64,000 bases of DNA from an uncultured bacterium (GCA_964593455.1 CAZQHK010000006.1:49225-113224); one strand, 5' to 3'; shown: positions 1-10,984, numbered from the stretch's first letter. Translations and numbers: made by a program. The notes: generated by a model not told the origin, from the sequence alone.

Positions 1-786
1 GGCCCGGTTGGAGTGACGGGAGAACTCTGCCGTAGGCAGCAACTGGACAGCTGTCAACAGAGCGATGAGGCTGAAGAAAACAAACGTAATAATGACGGTT
101 GTCCCGAATCGATGTAGAATCCGCTTCCCTGCTCCAATCAGTACCAGTGGCATGATAATGATGACCACCGCCATGGCTGATAACAGGAAAAATTGGGGAT
201 GTCCGGCCAGCAATTGGCAGGTGAGGATTCCGGCTGCAGATGTTAGCCAGAACCATCGTCGATGCGGCCTGGTTACTGCCAGAACAAGCAAGGCGGCGCC
301 TAGTGGCGCCCAGAGATACATGTCTTGAACACCCGAATGTCCGGCATAAATCCTGGATACCTGGGCGGTGGAAAGCATGTGCACCATTCCTGCTGCCAGT
401 CCGGCTCGCCGGGAAGCACCAAGTGTCCTCAAAAGAAAAAACATGGCCCATCCGCCGGCCCACATATGAAGCCAGGTTTTTAAATTGATAGCTTCTTTAA
501 CCGGCATGGCGGCGAAAAGCAGGTTCGGCGGGTAAAAAAAACCGTCCTGCATTGAAGCGTGGAGCGGAAGCCCGCAAAACATATATGGGTTCCAGAGCGG
601 GATGAGCCCTTCACGCAATATCCGGTACGACTGTGTCCGATGAGGATATTCATGGAGAATTGTATCGCTGCCGAAGAGCATATTGCCGGTTAAAAAGGGT
701 TCCCTGAAGAGCAGCAACGACACCACTCCCAGGATAATTACTGGCACTATAAGAAACAACTTATTCTTTGCCAGACCGTATCTCAA
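1..786 (-). CDS. YfhO-family multi-pass membrane protein (GT-C-like), 3' end runs off the window
   Basis: Not in the ORF track. My translation from TTG at 786 (GGAG upstream) is open to base 1 and contains PLWNPYMFCGLP, FFYPPNLL, LLAGHPQ and AVQLLPTAE, typical of YfhO-like proteins. Confidence 0.75.
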   Translation of the reverse strand, partial: MRYGLAKNKLFLIVPVIILGVVSLLLFREPFLTGNMLFGSDTILHEYPHRTQSYRILREGLIPLWNPYMFCGLPLHASMQDGFFYPPNLLFAAMPVKEAINLKTWLHMWAGGWAMFFLLRTLGASRRAGLAAGMVHMLSTAQVSRIYAGHSGVQDMYLWAPLGAALLVLAVTRPHRRWFWLTSAAGILTCQLLAGHPQFFLLSAMAVVIIIMPLVLIGAGKRILHRFGTTVIITFVFFSLIALLTAVQLLPTAEFSRHSNRA

Positions 787-797
787 ATCTCCAACCT

Positions 798-1211
798 TTA
801 CTTTCTACACTCCTTGCTTTGTTTACTGTCTTCAATATATTCAAGACCGTTTTCTGTACACCATTCGATGGTAATCTTTCGCAAAGTCTCACGGCGGAAC
901 ACCTGCCATTGTGTTTCAATTTTATATTTTTTCAAATAGTCATTGAAGTGCTCTAAAGCTCCATACCCTTTGATCGCGAAAAACAGGTCGCCCCGGAGTT
1001 TGTCGTCCGTCAACGAAAAACAGAAATTTTCCATGATTTGGTTCTCATGGATTTCCCAGCGGGTAGGAAGCGGAATTAATTCCGTTCCGGTATCACCGGC
1101 TGTGTCCAGGACTACAATTTCACCTGTTTCCGGTTGCAGATAGTTCGAACCGTCACCGGAAAGTGATTCCAGAGCTTCTATAATAGATTTCAGTGAAACA
1201 CGTTTGGTCAT
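798..1211 (-). CDS. UPF0158 family protein
   Basis: 137 aa with LIPLPTRWEIHENQIMENF...AIKGYGA...F and a W..ENGL ending. The last codons and the stop lie inside a repeat-end motif. Confidence 0.7.
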   Translation of the reverse strand: MTKRVSLKSIIEALESLSGDGSNYLQPETGEIVVLDTAGDTGTELIPLPTRWEIHENQIMENFCFSLTDDKLRGDLFFAIKGYGALEHFNDYLKKYKIETQWQVFRRETLRKITIEWCTENGLEYIEDSKQSKECRK

Positions 1212-1324
1212 TACTCAAATAATATCCATATTCGGTTGAACTAGCCGGTTTATTGTACCAACCTCACGTATGGTAAACAACAGGTCTCCTTATTCTGCTG
1301 TGTTTTGATGGTTCTCGAAAACGC

Positions 1325-1353
1325 TTGGAAGACGGTTATGTTTGTGTTATAAT
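1325..1353 (+). promoter_or_regulatory. sigma70-type promoter of the trehalose/GH65 cluster
   Basis: TTGGAA-17 nt-TATAAT with an extended TG, 65 nt upstream of ATG 1419. Confidence 0.55.
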
Positions 1354-1418
1354 GAGCCGTCTCGATCGCACTGTTCTTCACGGTTTTAGTGATATCAACG
1401 GTTTTCCAGGGGTAGAAT

Positions 1419-3713
1419 ATGAACACGTTGTTTTCTGTATATTCAGCAGATACGTTTTGGATATTGGAGGAGCATGACTGGGATTGGAATCGACAGAATG
1501 TCCGGGAATCCCAGTTTGCCCTAGGAAACGGTTTTATCGGAACCAGGAGCGCTCTGGAAGAGATTCCCGCCGGCTCCCGTCCCGGGACGTACCTGGCCGG
1601 CGTCTTCGATCGGGCCGGTGCCCAGGTTACCGATCTGGTAAACTTCCCCAACCCCTTCCGCGTCATCTTCACTATCGATGGCGAAAAACTTGGGCCGGGC
1701 ACCATGGAGCTCTGCGAACAGTACCGTGTCCTCAATCTGAAGAAAGGCGTTCTGGTTCGCTCCTCGGTATTCCGGGATAGAGCGAATCGGCGGTACCGGT
1801 ACGAATCACTGCGGTTTTTATCCATGAATAGCAAAAGTATTCTGGTACATCGGGTTATTCTTACTCCCATGGACGGAGCTTGCAGGGTTGACGTGCGGGT
1901 CGGGACCACTCCTTCGGCAGTCAACCGCGGTCCCCAGTGCGAGGGAGAGAAACAGCACTTTCGGATCAGGGAAATAGATCAGACGCATCACGACCGATTC
2001 ATGGCCCTTGAGACACTTGAAAAAAAGAAAGCGGTAACGTATTGGAACCGGTTGTACCTGGATACCGGCGGAAGGAAAAAAACGCTTGCTGATACGTCCT
2101 TCAGCCTGGACTTAAGAAAAAATCAATCCGCTGCACTGACGAGAATTACGGATATCAGGCATTTCCCGAGGAAAAATACTATCTCGGATATAAAGCTGGA
2201 GTCGCAGAACGGGTTTAACAAAGCGGTCAAAAAGGGATATAACCGGCTACTGGCTAATCATGAGCGTGCCTGGGAAAAGTTGTGGAATCACGCTGACGTT
2301 GTACTTGACGGTGACTCGGAGATGCAATTGAGTCTGCGCTTCTCTATCTACCACATGCTTATCTGTGGGCAGGCCGACGATGGGTTTTCCAGTATCGGTG
2401 CCAAGTCTCTCAGTGGAGAAGGATACCGGGGGCATGTTTTCTGGGATACGGAAATCTTTCTTTTCCCCTTCTTTGTGTATACGTTTCCCGAAGTGGCCCG
2501 TAGTATGCTGCTGTACCGGTACCACCGGCTGGAAGCAGCCAGGGAGTTGGCCGTGAAAGAAGGTTACCAAGGAGCTAAATTCCCATGGGAATCGGCTGAC
2601 ACCGGATTAGAAGAAACTCCTTCCTGGGGTAAACGGGAGGATGGCTCAGTGTCTCTTATCCATACCCACGAATTCGAACATCACATCACCGCTGATATTG
2701 CGTACGCTGCCTGGCAGTATTGGCAGGTTACCGGAGACGAGCGATTCTGGCTTGATTACGGTTGTCGGATAATGTTCGAAACGGCTCGGTTCTGGGCATC
2801 CCGCGTGGAGTGGAACGAGTCAAAAGAACGGTTCGATATAAATCATGTTATCGGTCCGGATGAATACCATGTTGATGTGAACAACAACGCTTTCACCAAT
2901 GTCATGGCGGCCTGGAATCTTGAAAAAGCTGCCGGACTTTATACCCGCCTGAAAGAGCAAGGTGTTCTGCCGCCGGCTCTCGTGAAGAAGATGAAACTCA
3001 CCGCGGGCGAGATTGAATGCTGGCTGAACATCGCCCGGAAGCTCAGCAGAGAAATTGGTAAAAAAGGTATCATCGAGCAGTTTGAAGGATATTTTAAGCT
3101 GAAAGACGTAATCCTGGATCAGGTGGGGCAAAATGGTCTGCCGTTGATTCCCTCTAAAATATCTACTATGAACTGGGAGGAAACGACGCTTCTCAAACAG
3201 GCTGATGTGGTCATGCTTTTGTGTCTGCTGAACGATGAGTTTGACGCCGGTACCAAGAAGGCAAATTTCGATTATTACGCGCTGAGGACTACTCACGAAT
3301 CGTCATTAAGCCCGGCCATGCATGCGGTAATGGCCAGCCGGGTGGGCCAAGAAGACAACGCCTACACGTTTTTTAAAGCGGCCGCCCGCATGGATATCGA
3401 CGATGTCAACGGCAACACCGCTGACGGAATTCATTCAGCCTGCCTGGGTGGGGTGTGGCAGGCGGTGGTGTTTGGGTTTTTCGGCATATCGGTGGTTTCG
3501 GACATGCTGTCCATCGACCCGGTAGTACCTGAACCCATCAAGGGTCTGCGTTTGAACCTGGTGTGGAAAGAATATGAAATGGAGATTTCCGCCGCGAATG
3601 AATCAGTTGCTATTATAGTATCGTCCTCCGGCCGCCCTGAGCTTTCTCTTATGGTTTTCAGCCGGAATGTCAGGGTAAAACCTGGCAAGCGGCACGTCTT
3701 TGTCCGGAAGTAA
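1419..3713 (+). CDS. Glycoside hydrolase family 65 phosphorylase (trehalose/kojibiose/maltose phosphorylase-like)
   Basis: ESQFALGNGFIG, GEGYRGHVFWDTE, catalytic GPDEYH, KQADV and HESSLS motifs. Confidence 0.92.
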   Translation: MNTLFSVYSADTFWILEEHDWDWNRQNVRESQFALGNGFIGTRSALEEIPAGSRPGTYLAGVFDRAGAQVTDLVNFPNPFRVIFTIDGEKLGPGTMELCEQYRVLNLKKGVLVRSSVFRDRANRRYRYESLRFLSMNSKSILVHRVILTPMDGACRVDVRVGTTPSAVNRGPQCEGEKQHFRIREIDQTHHDRFMALETLEKKKAVTYWNRLYLDTGGRKKTLADTSFSLDLRKNQSAALTRITDIRHFPRKNTISDIKLESQNGFNKAVKKGYNRLLANHERAWEKLWNHADVVLDGDSEMQLSLRFSIYHMLICGQADDGFSSIGAKSLSGEGYRGHVFWDTEIFLFPFFVYTFPEVARSMLLYRYHRLEAARELAVKEGYQGAKFPWESADTGLEETPSWGKREDGSVSLIHTHEFEHHITADIAYAAWQYWQVTGDERFWLDYGCRIMFETARFWASRVEWNESKERFDINHVIGPDEYHVDVNNNAFTNVMAAWNLEKAAGLYTRLKEQGVLPPALVKKMKLTAGEIECWLNIARKLSREIGKKGIIEQFEGYFKLKDVILDQVGQNGLPLIPSKISTMNWEETTLLKQADVVMLLCLLNDEFDAGTKKANFDYYALRTTHESSLSPAMHAVMASRVGQEDNAYTFFKAAARMDIDDVNGNTADGIHSACLGGVWQAVVFGFFGISVVSDMLSIDPVVPEPIKGLRLNLVWKEYEMEISAANESVAIIVSSSGRPELSLMVFSRNVRVKPGKRHVFVRK

Positions 3714-3719
3714 GGAGAG

Positions 3720-5327
3720 GTGGAAAATACAATCATGGAGGAATATGCATTCGAAGCAGTTATTTTTGATCTGGACGGTGTGGTTACAAAGACCGCTCTG
3801 GTGCACAGCAGGTCCTGGAAAGAAACGTTCGACGAGTACCTTATCATGCGGGATAAACGGGACGGAGAAACGTTCAAGGAGTTTTCTCACGAAAATGATT
3901 ATCTCCCATTTGTTGACGGTAAACCACGGTATGACGGAGTGAAAGGATTTCTCGATTCCAGGGGAATAACCGTGCCTTACGGTGATCCATCCGACCCTCC
4001 TGGCAAGGAAACCGTGTGCGGTATCGGAAATCGGAAAAACGAATTATTTCGTGATATAGTCCGGGCACAGGGCGCCGAGATCTATCATTCCACCATTGAG
4101 TTTATTACCAAACTCAGGGAAACCGGCATTAAGGTCGGAGTTGCTTCCTCTTCCAAGAACTGCCGGGCTATCCTGGAGGCGGTAGGTATCGTCGATCTGT
4201 TCGAGACTCGGGTAGACGGTGAAGTTTCCGCGGAACTGAATCTCCAAGGTAAACCGGAAGGAGATATTTTCGTAACGGCGGCCGCTAATCTGCAGGCTGC
4301 TCCGGCCAAATCGGTGGTCGTCGAGGACGCCACTTCCGGTGTTGCGGCCGGCCGTAACGGCGGCTTCGGACTGGTGTTAGGGATAGCTCGTGAAGCCAGT
4401 CCTACAGAACTGTTCGATAACGGTGCCGATGCGGTCGTAAGCGATCTGGAAGACATTTCAATGGAGTGGATCGACCGGTGGTTTCGCCGGACTCCGCCTT
4501 CGCTATTCGGAGTTTGGGACGAACCTCACGATGAAAAGACCGGCCCGGTGGCTATCAACCCCTGGTATTCCCGCTGTGGCCGCAAAGCGTTTTTCAGCGG
4601 GAAAAAGCTGGCGATCTTCCTTGACTATGACGGTACCCTGACCCCTATCGTCAGCCGTCCCGACCTGGCCATATTAACTGATGAGATGCGGGATACCGTT
4701 AAGCGGCTCTCCCTGAAACACACCACTGCTGTCGTCAGTGGGAGATTTCGAGGTGATGTGGAGAACCTGGTCAATATTGACGGTTTTTTCTACGCCGGCA
4801 GTCATGGGTTTGATATCAAGGGACCCGGTTTTGCCATGATCAATCCGGCGGTAAAGGACCTGGTTCCTCAGGTAGATAGTATGATAGAGATTCTCAAAAA
4901 GGAGCTCGGGGATATCCCCGGTTTGCTGGTGGAAGAGAAGAAGTTCAGTGTCGCGGTTCACTATCGGTTGGTGGATGAGGCAACATATCTCGTCGGGATT
5001 CAGTCGTTCGTCGATAAAGTTGTGGATGAGAACCCTGACTTCCGGCTCATGCATGGGAAAAAGGTCTTCGAGATCCTGCCCGCCATGGATTGGAACAAGG
5101 GCAAGGCCATCAGGTCTATTTTACAGGCGCTGGATATCTCGTGGAATGATACTACCGTGATATATATTGGCGATGACACAACCGACGAAGATGCCTTCAG
5201 GGTGGTGCGCAGCAGAGGAACCAACGTGCTTGTGTGCGATCATGCCAAACCCTCTTCCGCCGATTTTCAGATAGCCAATCCGGATGAAGTGAAAGACCTG
5301 TTCGAAAAAATCCTCGCCGAAAGTTAA
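3720..5327 (+). CDS. Fused beta-phosphoglucomutase-like HAD domain + trehalose-6-phosphate phosphatase (OtsB-like)
   Basis: N-terminal FDLDGV...GKP..D...EDA HAD domain; C-terminal FLDYDGTLTPIV, VVSGR, YAGSHG, WNKGKA and YIGDDTTDEDAF. Confidence 0.9.
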   Translation: MENTIMEEYAFEAVIFDLDGVVTKTALVHSRSWKETFDEYLIMRDKRDGETFKEFSHENDYLPFVDGKPRYDGVKGFLDSRGITVPYGDPSDPPGKETVCGIGNRKNELFRDIVRAQGAEIYHSTIEFITKLRETGIKVGVASSSKNCRAILEAVGIVDLFETRVDGEVSAELNLQGKPEGDIFVTAAANLQAAPAKSVVVEDATSGVAAGRNGGFGLVLGIAREASPTELFDNGADAVVSDLEDISMEWIDRWFRRTPPSLFGVWDEPHDEKTGPVAINPWYSRCGRKAFFSGKKLAIFLDYDGTLTPIVSRPDLAILTDEMRDTVKRLSLKHTTAVVSGRFRGDVENLVNIDGFFYAGSHGFDIKGPGFAMINPAVKDLVPQVDSMIEILKKELGDIPGLLVEEKKFSVAVHYRLVDEATYLVGIQSFVDKVVDENPDFRLMHGKKVFEILPAMDWNKGKAIRSILQALDISWNDTTVIYIGDDTTDEDAFRVVRSRGTNVLVCDHAKPSSADFQIANPDEVKDLFEKILAES

Positions 5328-5367
5328 ATTTTTTTCTCAAGCAAGAAGTGTAGAAAGTAGGTGGAGT

Positions 5368-7800
5368 ATGGAACGATCGCCGTTGTGGACGTTGTCGTAT
5401 AAAGGTTTGAAACCCGAGGAAGAAGGGTTGCGTGAAGCGTTGTGCACCCTGGGCAACGGCTATTTTGCCGTTCGAGGCGCGGCTCCGGAATTCCATGCAG
5501 ATGATAACCATTGCCCCGGGATGTACATGGCCGGGCTCTTCAACAAGGTGGGCACGAAAATGGGCGGCCGTATCATCTACAACGAGGATTTTGTCAATTG
5601 TCCGAACTGGCTCTACCTGACTTTCAAGATCGATGACGGCGACTGGTTCAAGCCTGCGCCCGGCCAGTTGATGGAGTACGAGCAGGTGCTCGATATGCGT
5701 AACGGCATGCTTCACCGCAAGCTTCGTTTTAAAGATAAAAAGGACCGGAAAACCAGGGTGAACACCCGCTGTATCGTCAGTATGGACGATCCGCACACTG
5801 CCGCCATGGAGTACTGTATCACGCCGGAAAACTACAGCGGAAAGATTACCGTCAGGACCGAGCTCGACGGCACGGTGATCAACTGGGGGGTCAAACGTTA
5901 CCGGCAGCTTAACTCGAAGCACTGGAAACCGGTTTCCCAGGGGACGTTCTCCGGCAATGTCTGATTTCTCGTCACGCGCACCAGCCAATCGAAAATAGAA
6001 CTGTGCGAAGCGGCCAAGGTGCGTGTGTTCGTCGGGGGCAAGAGAATCATACCGAAGATCGCTGCGCAGGAGCAGCGCGGTAAACTGGGCTTGCAGTTCA
6101 CGTTGAAAGCAACCGAAGGCCGGACGGTGAGCATCGAGAAAACGGTGGCCGTGTATTCATCGCTGCACGATGAGGGAGATGTGGTGGAAGCGGCGGCGGC
6201 CAAGATCGGGCGGGCGTTTCGTTTCAACACGCTGGTCAAAAAACACTCCGCTGCCTGGCACGAGCTGTGGGACAAATTCGACATCGAAATCGACGGCGAC
6301 GATTTTTCTCAGCAAGTGTTGCGGCTGCACACCTTCCACCTGCTGCAAACGGCATCCCAGCACACCGCCGCTCTGGATGTGAGCATACCGGCCCGGGGAC
6401 TGCACGGCGAGGCTTACCGGGGACATATCTTTTGGGACACCATGTACATCATGCCGTTCTACAATCTGCAGCTGCCCGAGGTTTCCCGCTCATGCCTCAT
6501 GTACCGGTACCACCGGCTGCCGGAAGCCCGCAAGTACGCCATCGAAAACGGTTACCGCGGCGCCATGTTTCCCTGGCAGAGCGGTTCCACCGGTGTGGAA
6601 GAGACCCAGGAACTGCACCTCAATCCCAAGTCGGGCAAATGGGGACCGGACCTGAGCCGCCGGCAGCGGCACGTGTCGCTGGCTATCGTGTACAATGTCT
6701 GGGATTACTGGAAAAAAGTAGGCGACCGGGATTTTCTGATACAGCACGGCGCGGAGCTGCTCCTGTCCATCGCCCAGTTCTTCACCAGCCTGGTGGAATT
6801 CAACAAAAAGGACGGACGTTATCATACGAAAGGCGTCATGGGTCCCGATGAGTTTCACGAGAAGCTGCCCGGATCAAAAGAGGCCGGCTTGCCCGACAAT
6901 GCGTACACCAATATCATGATCGTCTGGCTGCTGCGAAGAGTGGAAGAGATGATGAACATCCTGCCGGGAAAGGATATCATCAGGCTGCTGCGAAAGCTCG
7001 ACCTGACGCCCCGGGACCTGGATAAGATGGACGATATTACCCGCAAGATGAACGTGGTCATCAACGATGGCGGCATCATCAGTCAGTTCGACGGCTATTT
7101 CGGCCTGGAGGAGCTGGACTGGGATGGCTACCGGCAGAAGTACGGCAACATTCACCGGATGGACCGTATCCTCAAGGCGGAAGGGAAGTCTCCGGACGAC
7201 TACAAGCTGGCCAAGCAGGCGGACACCTTGATGCTGTTCTACCTGCTGCCCATGGATGAAGTTCACGATCTTCTCACCAGGCTGGGCTATGCGCATTACC
7301 GGAATATGATGAAGGAAAACTACGAGTATTACGTGGACCGCACCTCTCACGGCTCCACGTTAAGCCGGGTGGTGCACTGCGTGGTGGCCTGGCGCCTGCA
7401 CCGGTACGCCGTGGCCTGGAAGTGGTTCCAGGACGTGCTCCGGTCGGACATCTACGACACCCAGGGCGGAACCACGATGGAAGGTATCCACACCGGTGTC
7501 ATGGGCGGCTCTATCGACATGGTCATGCGCGGTATCGGCGGGATCGATTTTCACGAGGACCGCATCTACCTGAAACCCCGCCTGCCCAGTAAGTGGAAAC
7601 GCCTGAAAATGAAGCTGCTCTACAAGACGACGTGGGTGTCCTTCACCTTCACCAAAGAGGAAGCGCTGATTGAAGTGCACGCCCCGGTGCTGCTGCCCAT
7701 CGAATACAAGGGGCATCTCCACTATGGTCTGCCGGGCGAGAAGATCCGGATCGATTTAAAGAAAAAGGAAAAGCGCCGGAACAACAAGCGGAAGAAGTAA
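5368..7800 (+). pseudogene. GH65 phosphorylase (trehalose-6-phosphate phosphorylase / OtsB1 C-terminal-like) interrupted by one in-frame TGA at 5962-5964
   Basis: ORFs 5368-5964 and 6019-7800 share a frame and read through as GNV*FLVTRTSQSKIE. Motifs LREALCTLGNGY, GEAYRGHIFWD, GPDEFH, KQAD and HGSTLS are present. Confidence 0.8.
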
Positions 7801-7820
7801 TGGGCTGATACCCGGACCTG

Positions 7821-9149
7821 CTATTCCTTCTCAAGGTATTGCTGTAGGCCTTTGTGGACTTCTTTCAAGGTTTCTCGAGCGGGGCGGCCGGTTTTGAAGA
7901 ACAGGTCGAATTCCATGGTGACGATGTCGTTGACCTGGGCGGAGAAACGGCTGGCGGGGAGCCCACGGCCGTACAAGGTGGAGTCGAGATAAACCTGGTT
8001 GTTTATCTTACGGGACACCTCGCCGTCATCGCTTACCAGCGGGGCTTTCAGGAAGTGGTCAGACTCGGCCACTTCAATTCTCGAAGGTACTGCCTGGCCC
8101 CCGGCGGCCACGGCGATCTGCCCCTCTTTGCCGGTCAGATACTTGACCAATTCCCAGGCCGCTTCCGGGTTCTTGCACTTGGAGGAGATGGAGTAGCAAA
8201 CGGTGGCGATGGTGGTGTTGCGCTGTTTGCCCTGGGGAAGCTCCGCGATGTCCCAATCAAATTTCTTGATGTTCTTGAAGTTCTGGCACACCCAGCGTCC
8301 ATAGGTGCACATGGCTACACTGCCGCTGGCGAACATGTCGGCGCAGCCCATGTCCATGGTCACCGAAGGCCTGGGGGCTACCTCGTGCTTGAAGATAAGA
8401 TCATAGTAGAACTCCAGCGCTTCTGTGTTGGCGTCGATGTACCGCGGGTCGGCCAGAAGCCATTTTGAATGGTCCTCGGTCATGAGCGAACCGCCGTTTT
8501 GCCAGATCCAGGGGGCCCAGAAAGTCCAGTTGAGATCGGCAATGAATCCGTATTTCAGCGGCCGGCCCTGCTTGTTTTTTATGGTGAGCGCTTTAGCTGC
8601 TACCACCAGGTCGTCCCAGACCCAGTCGCGGGTCGGATAGGCGATGCCCGCCTTGTTGAACATGTCTTTATTGTAGTACAGGACGATAGGAGAATAGTCC
8701 TTGGGAATTCCGTAGCAGACGCCGTCGGATTTGAACTGGTCCATCAGGACGGGATAAAAATCATCTTCACCGAAATCCGGTTCTTTTTCCATCATGGTGC
8801 TCAGGTCCTTGAGCGCTCCGCGGCTGACATAGGCGGGAAACTCAGCCTTGCCGACGTAAAATACATCCGGCGGCGTACCGGCGGCGATCATGGTCTGGAG
8901 TTTGTCGTTGTAGCCGCCCGGACAGTGCATGATGAAGACTTCGATATCGGGAAACTTCTTGTTGAAGCCTTCGATGTATTTTTTTACGGTGTAATATTCG
9001 TCGGTGATCCCCCACATCATGTAAACAAGGTGTGTTTTGCCGTCCTGGACACCGGCCTGTTGCTGACGGCATCCGGAGGATAGCAGCGCCGTTCCCGTGA
9101 TTAGCAGCGTCGCCAGTAAGACGATACCGAGCAAATGTGATCTTTTCAC
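7821..9149 (-). CDS. Carbohydrate ABC transporter substrate-binding lipoprotein
   Basis: Lipobox SSG-C; GTPPDVF, LYYNKDMF..AGI and AAWELVKYL motifs. Confidence 0.9.
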   Translation of the reverse strand: MKRSHLLGIVLLATLLITGTALLSSGCRQQQAGVQDGKTHLVYMMWGITDEYYTVKKYIEGFNKKFPDIEVFIMHCPGGYNDKLQTMIAAGTPPDVFYVGKAEFPAYVSRGALKDLSTMMEKEPDFGEDDFYPVLMDQFKSDGVCYGIPKDYSPIVLYYNKDMFNKAGIAYPTRDWVWDDLVVAAKALTIKNKQGRPLKYGFIADLNWTFWAPWIWQNGGSLMTEDHSKWLLADPRYIDANTEALEFYYDLIFKHEVAPRPSVTMDMGCADMFASGSVAMCTYGRWVCQNFKNIKKFDWDIAELPQGKQRNTTIATVCYSISSKCKNPEAAWELVKYLTGKEGQIAVAAGGQAVPSRIEVAESDHFLKAPLVSDDGEVSRKINNQVYLDSTLYGRGLPASRFSAQVNDIVTMEFDLFFKTGRPARETLKEVHKGLQQYLEKE

Positions 9150-9157
9150 CGTATCAG

Positions 9158-10033
9158 CTATCCTTTCATCCCGGACAAGGCAATTCCCTTGACGAAGAAC
9201 CGCTGGTTAAAGATGTAGATAATGAGTACCGGCATCAGCGTTATCATGGCTCCCGCCATCAGGAGCGCCCATTGGGTTCCGAATTGGCTCTGGAAGACGG
9301 CGACTCCCACCGGGAGCGTGCGCATCTCCATGCTGTTGGTCACGACCAACGGCCATAGGAAGCTGTTCCACGAGCCCATGAAGGTGAAGGTGGTCAGGGT
9401 GGCCAGCGCCGGCTTGGAAAGCGGCAGGATAATGCTGATGAATATCTTCCAGGTGCTGGCTCCATCGATGGTGGCTGCTTCTTCCAGAGACCGTGGTATG
9501 GACAAGAAAAACTGCCTGAGCATAAAGGTGCCGTAGGCTGAGAACATGGCCGGGAGAATCAGAGCCTGGTAGGTGTCAACCCACTGGAGCTTTTTGATCA
9601 GAATGAAGACCGGTATCATGGTCACCTGTCCGGGAACCATCATGGTGGCCAGGTAGCTGACGAACACTTTGTCACGGCCCTTCCATTGCAGCCGGGCGAA
9701 GGCGAAAGCAGCCATGGCGCTGGTAAAAACCTGTCCCAGGGTAACGGTTACGGCAATAAATATGCTGTTGAAGAAAAACCGGGCGAAGGGTGCCAGGTAC
9801 CAGACCGGCCGGTCCGCCGCCCGCTGTTTGAGAAACCAGGCATCGGTATAGTTTTTCCACTTGATGGGTTCCGGGATCCACTTGAGGGGGAAATCGGAGA
9901 TCTGGTCGACCTCCTTGAGCGACGTGGAGATCATCCACACAAAGGGGATGATCATGGAAGCGGCTCCGGCAATGAGGATGATATACGTGATGACTCTCAG
10001 GACCGTGCCTGTTTTGGTACTTCCTACGACCAC
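9158..10033 (-). CDS. Carbohydrate ABC transporter permease (MalG-like)
   Basis: EAA loop LEEAATIDGAS, SWNSFLWPL, multiple TM segments. Confidence 0.92.
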   Translation of the reverse strand: MVVGSTKTGTVLRVITYIILIAGAASMIIPFVWMISTSLKEVDQISDFPLKWIPEPIKWKNYTDAWFLKQRAADRPVWYLAPFARFFFNSIFIAVTVTLGQVFTSAMAAFAFARLQWKGRDKVFVSYLATMMVPGQVTMIPVFILIKKLQWVDTYQALILPAMFSAYGTFMLRQFFLSIPRSLEEAATIDGASTWKIFISIILPLSKPALATLTTFTFMGSWNSFLWPLVVTNSMEMRTLPVGVAVFQSQFGTQWALLMAGAMITLMPVLIIYIFNQRFFVKGIALSGMKG

Positions 10034-10051
10034 GTTTCTTCAGTCCTCTCG

Positions 10052-10984
10052 TCAGACATCCTGTTTAAAGAATTTCCACTGGAACAGCGTCACCGACAAT
10101 ATCATGGCGAAGAGCACCGTGGCGATGGCGGTGGCGTATCCCATGTCAGAGAATTTAAAGGCGTGCTTGTATATCAGGTATACCAGCGTGGTGGTGGCTC
10201 CCCCAGGTCCTCCCTGGGTCATGATGTACACCTCGCCGAACACCTGGAAGGAACCGATCAGCGACATGATCATCACGAAAAAAGTGGTGGCGGTTAAGGA
10301 CGGCCAGGTTACATGCAAGAACTGCTCCCACTTGTTGGCTCCGTCAATCTCCGCCGCCTCGTAGAGATGCCCCGGTATCCCCTGCAGTCCCGCCAGGTAG
10401 ATAAGCATATTGTAGCCCAGACTCTTCCAGACACTCATGAGAACCACCGCCGGGATGGCCAACCGGGGGCTCCCCAGCCAGTCCGGTCCCCGGATGATGG
10501 GGCTGATGATGTTGGCGTTGAACAGTTTTCCGATAGCGTTGATGATACTGATAAACACGTTCCCTACCAGCACTAATACGCTGTTGATTAAACCCACGTC
10601 GGTGTTGTAGAGCCAGCGCCAGATCAAGGCTACGGCGATCATGGATGAGATTACCGGCAGAAAGTAGATGGACCGGAAAAGCACCCGTCCCTTGATTTTC
10701 TGGTTCAAAAGAATAGCGAAGAACAATGACGCGAAGATCCCGAGTGGTACCGACAGGGTGGTGAAATAGATAGTGTTGCCCATGGCCTGCCAGAAGTACT
10801 TGTCTCCCAGGAGAAAGGCAAAGTTTTTGAGCCCCACGAATTTCGGGGCGGTGCAGAGGTCCCAGGCGAACAGGCTCAACAGGAAAGCGCTAGCTACCGG
10901 TATCAGGGTGAAAAAGAGAAACCCAATGATATTAGGGCTTAAAAAGAGAATAGCGGTAATAGTTTCGCGAATTTTTTTGCTCAC
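10052..10984 (-). CDS. Carbohydrate ABC transporter permease (MalF/UgpA-like)
   Basis: EAA loop LYEAAEIDGA, FVGLKNF, MTQGGPG. GTG 10984 with GGAG upstream is preferred over ATG 11041. Confidence 0.9.
   Translation of the reverse strand: MSKKIRETITAILFLSPNIIGFLFFTLIPVASAFLLSLFAWDLCTAPKFVGLKNFAFLLGDKYFWQAMGNTIYFTTLSVPLGIFASLFFAILLNQKIKGRVLFRSIYFLPVISSMIAVALIWRWLYNTDVGLINSVLVLVGNVFISIINAIGKLFNANIISPIIRGPDWLGSPRLAIPAVVLMSVWKSLGYNMLIYLAGLQGIPGHLYEAAEIDGANKWEQFLHVTWPSLTATTFFVMIMSLIGSFQVFGEVYIMTQGGPGGATTTLVYLIYKHAFKFSDMGYATAIATVLFAMILSVTLFQWKFFKQDV

Noticed and set aside
1330-1410. Three ACGGTT direct repeats as an operator
   Set aside because: They are short and irregularly spaced, with no adjacent regulator; chance cannot be excluded.
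5962-5964. Genome-wide TGA reassignment (code 4/25)
   Set aside because: Conserved genes (rplU, rpmA, accA, nadD, rng) end at TGA at normal lengths, and the other internal stop is TAA.
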